This document shows positions 54,150 through 64,000 of a stretch of DNA of 64,000 bases, piece after piece (within the stretch, counting starts at the first letter, position 1; every line of letters starts with the position of its first letter). Origin of the DNA: Macrostomum lignano (lineage: Eukaryota); contig NIVC01000397.1 of NCBI GenBank assembly GCA_002269645.1, forward strand, positions 1 to 64,000, read 5' to 3'. Made by a program: the position numbers and the translations under genes. The notes beneath the pieces were generated by a model. The model made no database searches, had not been told where the DNA came from, and saw only the letters and a list, made by a program, of their open reading frames with translations.

Positions 54150-54820
54150 TAGATCTAAATTACCCGATTCATTAGATCTAGGTTCTTTGCTTCCTTAGAT
54201 CTAGATTCTTTGCTTCCTTAGATCTTGATTATTTGCTTGTTTAGATCTAGATTCTCCGCTTCCGTAGATCTAGATTCTCCGCTTCCTTAGATCTAGATTC
54301 TTTGCTTCTTTAGATCTAGATTCTTCGCTTCCGTAGGTCTAAATTCTCCGCTTCCTTAGATCTAGATTCTTTGCTTCCTTAGATCTTGATTCTTTGCTTG
54401 TTTAGATCTAGATTCTTTGCTTCCTTAGATCTTGATTCTTTGCTTGTTTAGATCTTGATTCTTTGCTTGTTTAGATCTTGATTCTTTGCTTGTTTAGATC
54501 TTGATTCTTTGCTTTTTTAGATCTAGATTCTCCGATTCCGTAGATTTAGATTCTCTGCTTCCTTAGATCTAAGTTCTCAGATTCCTTAGACATAAGTTCC
54601 CCGATTTTTTAGATCTAATTTCCCCAATTCTTTAGATATGGATTATTGCCTTCCTTAGATCTAGATTTTTTTATTCCAAAATCTAGATTCTCCCCTTCCT
54701 TAGATCTACATTCTCCAATGCCTCACATCTAGATTCTCCGCTTCGTTAGATCTGCATTCTCCAATGCCTCACATCTAGATTCTCCGCTTCGTTAGATCTG
54801 CATTCTCTGCTTACCCTAGT
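54150..54820. repeat. ~23-bp degenerate minisatellite TTAGATCTAGATTCTCCGCTTCC
   Basis: Direct reading. Confidence 0.85.
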
Positions 54821-54954
54821 AGATCTACTAATTAACCTTCCACTCCCCCTCTAAGCTAAAAAATTCTCCATAGATCTGAAACTCTGAAACAAAAGCAGAG
54901 CTCAACAATTAGCACTATAAAATGTCAAACAATCAGTGGACCTTTAAAACCTAC

Positions 54955-55035
54955 AATTCTCTGCTCCCAGAGGCAATTGCTTCAGTAGACTGTCTTCCAG
55001 GTTTGTTGCGTCCACTTCAAACAGGCAATGACCGC
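54955..55035 (-). CDS. FDXACB1: FDXACB1 exon
   Basis: ttttag|(G)GHCLFEVDATNLEDSLLKQLPLGAEN|gtaggt, 81 bp, phase 1-1; contains the VDAT motif. Confidence 0.85.
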
Positions 55036-55104
55036 CTAAAATAAAAAGGAAAGGTGCCACTCTGTGTATATTATTTTGGGACCATCGACAACTGAATTCT
55101 ACGA

Positions 55105-55750
55105 GTATGACTGTTATTCTTGACCATAGAAAACTTAATTCTATGGCTCTTATTCTTGACCATAGACAACTTAATTCTATGGCTCTTATTCTTGACCATA
55201 GACAACTTAATTCTATGGCTCTTATTCTTGACCATAGAAAACTTAATTCTATGGCTCTTATTCTTGACCATAGAAAACTTAATTCTATGGCTCTTATTCT
55301 TGACCATAGACAACTTAATTCTATGGCTCTTATTCTTGACCATAGAAAACTTAATTCTATGGCTCTTATTCTTGACCATAGAAAACTTAATTCTATGGCT
55401 CTTATTCTTGACCATAGAAAACTTAATTCTATGGCTCTTATTCTTGACCATAGACAAATTAATTCTATGGCTCTTATTCTTGACCATAGACAACTTAATT
55501 CTATGGCTCTTATTCTTGACCATAGAAAACTTAATTCTATGGCTCTTATTCTTGACCATAGACAACTTAATTCTATGGCTCTTATTCTTGACCATAGACA
55601 ACTTAATTCTATGGCTCTTATTCTTGACCATAGACAACTTAATTCTATGGCTCTTATTCTTGACCATAGAAAACTTAATTCTATGGCTCTTATTCTTGAC
55701 CATAGACAACTTAATTCTATGACTGTTTTTCTTGACCATAGACAAATTAG
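55105..55750. repeat. 36-bp minisatellite with internal hairpin CCATAGAA-N7-TTCTATGG
   Basis: About 18 copies of TTATTCTTGACCATAGA(A/C)AACTTAATTCTATGGCTC. Confidence 0.95.
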
Positions 55751-55858
55751 CCCTAATAGCTGCTATTCTTAACCTTAGACAACTTAGTTCTATAGCTGTT
55801 ATCTTTGACCACAACTTAGTTCTGTAGCTTCTATACAACGCACAAAAATACAACCCAC

Positions 55859-56179
55859 CGAGTTGTTCGATTCTATGCACATTGGCTTCAAATCCGGGAT
55901 ATTTTTCCCGGCACAAAGTCGCGGATTCGAATCCGGTACAGATAGCAATTCCCTCAGAAACGTCTGGCAAGGCATCTAGATTGTTCAGTCGCTCTAAAAA
56001 ACCGACAGAGAAGCTGTTCAATCTCCATCACCGAGAATGAGAAAGCTACGAGGCCGCTCTGACACGGGACTGATAGGCCAGTGGATTGCTAAACTGTCCA
56101 CTGCAGCAGCAGCGGCGACTTCCGTATCGCACTGGAAGACATCCGATGGTTTACAAACACATGTAGACTGACCAGGCGG
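55859..56179 (-). CDS. FDXACB1: FDXACB1 5'-most exon found; contains an apparent 1-nt frameshift at ~56020
   Basis: FLILGDGD / NSFSVGF...CTGFES...NVHRIEQLG|gtgggt; human LLVGEGNFSFA. No in-frame ATG, so an upstream exon is expected. Confidence 0.75.
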
Positions 56180-56234
56180 CTAGAAAATGCCAAATAGTTA
56201 AAAACGGAAATCATAAAAACCGATATTCAAACCG

Positions 56235-57130
56235 AAACCGAACACAGAATCATCAAACCGAACACAGAATCATCAAACCGAACACAGAATCATCAAACCG
56301 AACACAGAATCATCAAACCGAACACAGAATCATCAAACCGAACACAGAATCATCAAACCGAACACAGAATCATCAAACCGAACACAGAATCATCAAACCG
56401 AACATAGAATCATCAAACCGAACATAGAATCATCAAACCGAACATAGAATCATCAAACCGAACACAGAATCATCAAACCGAATACACACAGAATCATCAA
56501 AACGAGCACAGAATCATCAAAGCGAACACGCACAGAATCATCAAACCAAATACAGAATCATCAAACCGAACACAGAATCATCAAACCGAACACAGAATCA
56601 TCAAAACGAGCACAGAATCATCAAAGCGAACACGCACAGAATCATCAAACCAAACACAGAATCATCAAACCGAACACAGAATCATCAAACCGAACACAGA
56701 ATAATCAAACCGAACACAGGATCATCAAACCGAACACAGAATCATCAAACCGAACCCAGAATCATCAAACCGAACGCAGAATCATCAAACCGAACCCAGA
56801 ATCATCAAACCGAACACAGAATCATCAAACCGAACACACAATCATCAAACCGAACACACAATCATCAAACCGAACACACAATCATCAAACCGAAGACACA
56901 ATCATCAAACCGAACACACAATCATCAAACCGAACACACAATCATCAAACCGAACACAGAATCATCAAACCGAACACACAATCATCAAACCGAAAACAGA
57001 ATCATGAAACCGAACACACAATCATCAAACCGAAAACAGAATCATGAAACCGAACACAGAATCATGAAACCGAAAACAGAATCATGAAACCGAACACACA
57101 ATCATGAAAGCGAACACAGGATCATCAAAC
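56235..57130. repeat. 20-bp minisatellite AACACAGAATCATCAAACCG (reverse complement of the 52308-53110 array)
   Basis: About 44 copies. Confidence 0.96.
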
Positions 57131-58029
57131 AGAATAGTTTTCAATTAGACCGGGCATTAGCCGATGGGTATAAATTATAAAAGTAAAATTGTCAGAAATG
57201 CAAGTGGAAGCTACAAAGGTGAGAATTAGGCAATAAAGCCGGTCATAAATAATTAGATTTTAAACTTTGTAGGCGATTGAAATTTGTTGCTCTGTTGTAA
57301 AATTTCTCATCAATAGCCAGAATTCATGACCAAAATGCGTGTGAAGAAATAAATTCTGGTCGCAGAGAGAGATACGATTTGATTCCGTGTGTGCAAGCAA
57401 GTAGCCATGTTCGTCGCCTGCTCCGCAGATGGCCAAGCCGCAAGCAGGTTTTCTATTAAAAGTCAGGACTGCGACTTATTACGCAACAACTGTCATGATA
57501 CCGCGGGCCAAGCGTAGGATTTATCCTTTAAGGCTTGGCAGGCGAAGGCAATGCTATTAAGATTCCAGCACTAGATAGGCATCATCTCTTACTGCTGATT
57601 TAATGTATATACATATACAAATAAATACGTTACTTAAGGCTATGGAAATCCCATGTTTTGAAGCATTGTGTGCATAGACGGGATTAAGAGGCAAGTTTTG
57701 GGATTTCTATTATCAGTTTTTGGGATCAATGACGAGTGGTATCAAATTTTATTTAGACAGGCGTTTCGCATTTATCAGAACAGAAACAAGAAGTGGAGAC
57801 TGCGCTCGCTGATGAGAGGAGCTGAGGAAGGCAGATAGTTATATCAAGATCAGACGGCATGTGATGCCATGCCAGCAATATCAACAACAGAACCATGCAG
57901 AAGTCAAGCTTATGAATGATGACTGATTAAAGCTTTGAAAGACTGCAAGAAAATCTCAGGTCAGGGCAAAGCACCAGCGGCTATAGGGACTTTTCTAAAT
58001 TCCAGTGACTGGGTGAATCTTAGATCTGT

Positions 58030-58630
58030 TTAAAGGCGATTCTTAAGATTGTTTAAAGGCGATTCTTAAGATTGTTTAAAGACGATTTTTGAGACTGCTT
58101 AAGGGCACTTTTTGAGACTGTTTTAAGGCGATTCTTAGGACTGTTTAAAGGCGATTCTTAAGATTGTTTAAAGGCGATTCTTAAGATTGTTTAAAGGCGA
58201 TTCTTAAGACTGTTTAAAGGCGATTCTTAAGATTGTTTAAAGACGATTTTTGAGACTGCTTAAGGGCACTTTTTGAGACTGTTTTAAGGCGATTCTTAGG
58301 ACTGTTTAAAGGCGATTCTTAAGATTGTTTAAAGGCGATTCTTAAGATTGTTTAAAGGCGATTCTTAAGACTGTTTAAAGGCGATTCTTAAGATTGTTTA
58401 AAGACGATTTTTGAGACTGCTTAAGGGCACTTTTTGAGACTGTTTTAAGGCGATTCTTAGGACTGTTTAAAGGCGATTCTTAAGATTGTTTAAAGGCGAT
58501 TCTTAAGATTGTTTAAAGGCGATTCTTAGGACTGTTCAAAAAGCGATTCTTAGTACAGTTTAAAAGCGATTCAGAGGGATGTTTAAGGGGATTTATAAAA
58601 GTGTTTATAAGTGATTCTTAGGACTATTTT
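58030..58630. repeat. 23-bp minisatellite GTTTAAAGGCGATTCTTAAGATT with 161-bp (7-mer) higher-order repeat
   Basis: Variant GACGATTTTTGAGACTG recurs at 58081, 58242, 58403. Confidence 0.93.
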
Positions 58631-58833
58631 AGCACTGTTCAGAAAGGAGAAAATCTGAAGCTAAGAAATATGCAAACAATTGACAAACTATAATGCATAA
58701 TGTAATATTTAGAAATAAAAACAAACAACAAACACATGTTGACATTGTTTAGTTAGTAAAACTCTATTATTATATTTAAGTTACCGACAGGATAGGATAG
58801 TAGCAGGGGCACTATCAATTTAATGTGTGTGTT

Positions 58834-58839
58834 TTTATT
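58834..58839 (-). terminator. Putative polyadenylation signal AATAAA for NDUFB2
   Basis: About 180 nt downstream of the stop codon. Confidence 0.35.
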
Positions 58840-59020
58840 TCAATTCCACGAAACGTATCGCGTAAGTAACTACTAACAGTGGTACAAGTGGTTGCTGATT
58901 TTATAATAGCTACTGTCACTAAATATTTGCTATGTTAGAAGTCTATATATTACAGATCTACCTTGCCTTGGAAACAAATCAGTCTACAGAAGTGTTAAAA
59001 TTGTTGCCAATTCGCAACAC

Positions 59021-59326
59021 TCAAGCCGGCGGGATGCCGAGCTCAGCGTCCGTCCACTTGCGCGGATTTGGGTAGTCTGGATGGCCGATCACGTATTGCG
59101 GATAGTGATAAGTGTGATAGAGTACGTAGAACCACATAAAAGCGCCGAAGCCTTCCATCATGCGCATCTGAGATCGCGTGACCGATCCGGGATGTCGATA
59201 ATAAAAGCCAAGTTCCTCAGAGTTGCCCCGAGGCAGTTTAGCGGTGGAAGCGCGACGCCTAAGGGTCATAGCTAGGGCAGATTTCAGTGTGCCATTGTTA
59301 AGCAGGCGAGTTGGCAGGGCTAGCAT
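59021..59326 (-). CDS. NDUFB2: NADH dehydrogenase 1 beta subcomplex subunit 2, intronless, 101 aa
   Basis: YR...TRSQ...GAFMWFYVLY...VIGHPDYPNPRKWTDAELGIPP*; human MWFWILW...[21 protein letters not shown]. The N-terminus resembles a mitochondrial presequence. Confidence 0.92.
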   Translation of the reverse strand: MLALPTRLLNNGTLKSALAMTLRRRASTAKLPRGNSEELGFYYRHPGSVTRSQMRMMEGFGAFMWFYVLYHTYHYPQYVIGHPDYPNPRKWTDAELGIPPA

Positions 59327-59849
59327 GCTTGCAAATTGGGCCTTGGCCAAAGTGAAGTGTTGCGCTGAAAGAAATACACGATTTTGATAATTAATGACTT
59401 CTTGAATGAAGCCTGGGAGTTATACACACTCGGTCCCTCATAGTCTACTTACAATTACAACCGGCCACTTCTAGTTTACTCATTTGTCTAATTTTTAATT
59501 ACAATACCAGTTAGTTCGACTTTAAATGCTTACAAACTGTCACATTTAACAATACATCAGATAGACTACATATGAATTGAAAACCTATATGTCATTTGAT
59601 GCGAGTAGCAGGCATGTAAATGTTTTGTTAAGCAATTTTTCTGCTTTTTATCAATTATCATGAGGAACAAATGCAAAAATACTGCAAGAAAAACAGCACA
59701 GTTGAATTCAAAGAATCAAAGGTTAGGTTTGCTTGTTTTTGCATTTGGGGAAAGATTGCATAATGCCATGGCCACTAGTGGGCACCCTGTTACAATGCCT
59801 GGACAACATTGTTCTGCAACCATTTCACTGTTTCCAAAGATATAAATAA

Positions 59850-61635
59850 TCTAACTAGTCCCTACTACAGTAAAAAGGTTAAAGGTATTGTTATAGGTGT
59901 TTTTTTATTAAAAAATGCCCCTAATGCCACCAATTTACAGGTCCAATTCCTATCCCAAAGCTGATACTAAGTTATTATAAGGGTGTAGGAACATAGCCTT
60001 TTACTTTAATTTTATTCCCCTTTTGTTATTAAATTGCTTATTAACTAAATAGAATATGCTATCATCAGTATACTTAATCCTTAGTAGCTTCAATGCCTAA
60101 GTAGCAAGTAATAATAATAATAGCTTGTAATTAATTATATCTGCCCTTATGGGCAAATGTGCAACCAATAGCTTAGCTAAGGCTATTGTGTGGTACATAC
60201 CAGGTATAAAGGTTATATATAGTTGTTTAGTCTAAGGACTAGGGGGGGGGTCAATACACATAACTTCAATTACTAATGCTAGAACTAATTTTATAGCTAG
60301 GTAAACTGAAGCAATGCAAAGTTAAGAAAGTATCTTAAGTTCAAGGAAACAAATTGCTCCTATAGGATCAAGAATCAACCCCCCCCCCCAACCTTCAAGT
60401 TTAAGTCCAATACTGTAACCATTAGGCTATTACCCTTTACCTAAGTGATAAAACACTGTTGAATATTGATTTTAAGTTCCAAAATGGTGTCATTAATGAT
60501 GAAGAGGTTTAGAACTTCTTTTGTAGATTAATTTAGTTTATTACAACTTATATATACTTTTATTGGTAGCATTTATACTTTTACTGGTAGCATATATACT
60601 TTTATTGGTAGCATATGTACTTTTACTATTAGCATATATACTTTTAGCCTAAGCGGTCGAATGGCACTATATTTCTAATTCTATATATATTATACAATAT
60701 ATCCCCCAGTTTTTATCCTATAGAAGGGTTTGTCTTAGGCCTAGTCTGGGCATTATTGGGATCAGAGGGTCATAGCTTTCTTGCTGGGTATTTGGCCCTA
60801 AGGTGGGTTTCTTAGACTCTAAGTCTGGATTTCTCTACCCTGTGGTAGTATTTTTGCCTTCTAAAGGCAAATTCTCAGATTCTAAATCTGGATATCTTGT
60901 TCTTTGAGAATGGATTAAATTCTCCTAGTCTTGGGGTTTCTAGTGCTTCTAAATAACTAAGTCAGTAAGTATTGATCAAGCTTCAATTCAAGATGCTAGA
61001 ATAGATAATCAGCCTAAAGCAAGTGGCGAGTTGTTTTTCTTCTACTAATAGCTTATTTATTTATACTCCTTTTTAGCAAGTTTTAAAACAAATAATATTT
61101 TGTAATATTTATAATATTTACAATACTACTAATATTAGGCCTATACTTAAAAAAACAAAATAGCCTAATTTCAAATGTGATACTTTCTAGAAAAATAACA
61201 AAGCCGATTTCATATATTGATCTATATTTAAAATCTTAGAACTTAAATTAGAATGTTTATAAATTATGTTTGTCATAGGGGCTCATTATAATATTTTTAA
61301 TTGTTAAAACTTAAATCATTTTTTTTTAATTTATAGGTCTAATAAAATTTTGCTTAATAATAAATAATTTATTTAATTTTATAAAGTTTAATTTACAAAA
61401 ATACAAAAGCTACAGCTTAGGCCTACAACTAAAACTATCATTACTACTATAAAATATAAGACTAAAAATAAAAGTTAGGAGCCTTATATAGGCAGTATAT
61501 GCTTATGTAATTTTAATTTATATAGGTAGGCTAGGCCTAATACTTATTTAAGTTATAAGTAGGCCCCTATTTAAGTCAAATCTTAAGTCAGACCCCCTAT
61601 TTTTTTCGGAAAAAAAGTGCCTTCAAAATTTTCTA
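59850..61635 (-). mobile_element. Heavily decayed AT-rich element, possibly Tc1/mariner-pogo derived
   Basis: Broken LILD and IPG.CTT.(Q)P motifs on the minus strand near 60150-60380; TIR-like end ...AAGAAACACGG at 61635. Confidence 0.25.
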
Positions 61636-63800
61636 AGAAACACGGTTTCCCGTCCTACTTAAGTCGTCCTTGCTACGAGCATCATTTATGCATGCCGCTA
61701 TAACATCCCTATCGGCTATCGCACAGAAATCCTAGATCTAAGTAGAAACTAGACCAGAGTAAGCCTAAGTCAGACGGCTTGTGCACTGACTAGCGGCTGA
61801 GCCGTTGAGCCACTGTGAGCACTTGTGCGGAGTTGTGCAGTGCTAGAATAAAAAGGCCTAACAGTAAAAGTGTACACTATTGCAAAATTTCATTTGTATA
61901 ACCCATGGAATTTAGCTAGTTGGCATTCCCTTGACCTTAGTGTACTTCATTTATTGGGTAAACTATACCAAGCAACAGGCCAAGATAGGCCAAGCAACAA
62001 TATAGATCCAGGTTAGACCCAATAGCTAGCCTAACTCACTAACTGTTGCAGTCACTGAAAAAATTAGAGAAGCTGCTTTAAATTACTACTGAAGAGTGGA
62101 TAGCTGCCATTTCTGCAACTTTTGACTAATAGTTTTGTTTTAATCTCCGTATTTACATTTCCAAATTTTAATTTTTTAACTTTTGCGGCGCCGGCTCTTT
62201 TGAGCGCGCGCGCTGCTGCTGCTTATTATTATCTATCGCCATCGATTGATTGCATGCACACAGCTTTAGTTTATTAAAGTGTATCTACGATATTTGTTAG
62301 ATAGATCAATAAAGCCCTCAAAATTGTTGCATAAAAGCACTGTGATAAGCTTTTCAATGAAATTGCTTCGGTTTGGTCTAATGTCGTTTTACTTTTAGCC
62401 TTAGGCTTTGTCTTGTAACAGTAGGCCTAATATGAATTAGTTTAGAAATTTCTGGTTTAGTACCGTTTAGTTAATCTTTTTTAACGAGAAATCGTCCCAG
62501 ACTCCAGAGCTAGTTCTAAAAACTTATATAACTATTGCATTTGTAGTTCTTTCCCATCATTTGTCACTTCAAATACAAAGAATTTGATTTAAGTTTTTAG
62601 ACAGACTAGACTAGGCCTACTGTCTGCCTACAGCCTACAGGCTTTAGCTGAAAGTAAAAAATGAATACCTGCAATGCAATGTTTGAGCTAGAACTTGGAG
62701 AACAGCAAGATGCTTCGTATGTTACTCAAGGAATGTCAGCTATTGGTTTGTCATCTACTAGGCTTATAAATCCTTATGGGGCATCTAATGGAAATGATAA
62801 AGATGAGAATAATTTTGAAGATGCAATTACTTTAAAGAAATTTGATCAGAAAATGGAACAAACTCAGGTAAGTTAAATGCCTTGACTTAATATATTTTTT
62901 GGACTTCCTTAAGTTTAATGTTGATAAAATACTGGCATAACTATGGTTTCATTCATTATATTATTTTATTTAAAAAAGTGACAAGTTATTTGAGATTATT
63001 ACAAACTGTACTCGAAGAAGTTCAGAAAAGATGACCCACAACCAAAAAAGTTCAAATTAGAGTTTAAAGTCATGAGAAAGATAATTAGAGGGGATAATAA
63101 TATGATGCCCAGTAGAAAAAGTTGCCAAACACATTCTGTGGATATAGACAGCGCCACAGAAATTCCTGCAGATGAGAAATTATTTGATGTTACTTATAGA
63201 AATACATGCCTAAAGATGAAACTATGATAAGTGCAAGCATATGTGAATAGCATAGATATAAAAGCTTTTTTAAATAGTATGTTTTAAAAAAAGCAGCATA
63301 CACAATTGGCGGATAAAATTTAAATTGAGCAGGCAAAGTGTCAATAAGTATTAGTACACAAAACTAGTCAAAAATAAGTGGATATGGATAAATATGTGCA
63401 CAAAAATTAAGCTACTAACTAGAAGTGTAAATAAAAGTATAGTGCTGTGTAGGCACAGAATAAAAGCACCATATGAACGTAGCAATATTTAGTTGAAGAT
63501 GAGCAGTTTTATAAATGATGTATACTATTGGCTAAGTAATGAACATAAAACAAATGAGCAATATAGCTATTACTTAGTATTGTGGGTGGCAATAAACATG
63601 GATATCAAACATTATAATGCAATAGTAGGCATTAATTGATAAGTTCAGCACACATGTAAGTATAGTATTGCAAAATAGTTTGATCTATCTTACTCCATTT
63701 CAAATTCCTCTGGCAGCGGCTGTCTTCCCCAGCTGAGTATTTCAGCCATCTACCTCACTTCTTGTCGCTTTCTACTGTTAGTAACTCTAGTAGTAGCCTG

Positions 63801-64000
63801 ATTCACTATCTTCCTCACAGCTGTATCTCCAAAGCAGAAAGTGAGCACACAAAACTTCGCATTGTGTTTGATGGGTCAGCTCGAACTCATTCAGCTGACT
63901 TTGCAATTAATGACCTACTTCAAGTTGGTCCGACGAATTTTCCGCAAATTCCACAAATTCTCATTAGGTTCCGAATGAAGCCGATAGCAGTCTTAGCTGA
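63801..64000 (+). mobile_element. BEL/Pao LTR retrotransposon pol fragment (start of RT), truncated by the window end
   Basis: HYLPH...TKLRIVFDGSA...INDLLQVGP...ILIRFR..PIAVLAD motif series. Confidence 0.88.

Noticed and set aside
55071-55858. 316-aa ORF continuing from the FDXACB1 exon into (MVKNKSHRIKLS)n
   Set aside because: A GTGGGT donor at 55858 splices in phase to the VDAT exon; the tail is intronic minisatellite
62661-62867. Plus-strand ORF ending at CAG|GTAAGT
   Set aside because: No recognisable product, and the nearest acceptor leads straight to a stop

Overview
Repeat-rich animal genomic DNA with spliceosomal genes; no prokaryotic features. By inference it resembles a flatworm such as Macrostomum, based on the RTE sequence and repeat style. 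All recognisable host genes are on the minus strand: a partial TMEM135 (6 exons, 15959-18785), an intronless frizzled-4-like gene (26426-28393), FDXACB1 (6 exons, 49375-56179, one apparent frameshift) and an intronless NDUFB2 (59021-59326). There is also a weak candidate spliced small ORF near 47 kb. The first 8.75 kb is a ~238-bp satellite interrupted by a ~300-bp TIR element that carries a mutated 28S rRNA fragment spanning the R2/I-PpoI/Pokey target site. Other mobile DNA: a MULE-like MITE, a CCATAG-ended TIR element with a nested RTE fragment, a decayed AT-rich element and a BEL/Pao RT fragment. About 25 micro- and minisatellites are present. Best leads: (1) the 28S-target-carrying MITE; (2) FZD4-TMEM135 linkage, which also exists in humans; (3) a twice-occurring structured-RNA-like element with covarying stems; (4) inverted minisatellite arrays bracketing FDXACB1 exons; (5) CpA/CpG-biased C-to-T decay in repeats. 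All homology calls are from remembered family motifs, not database searches.
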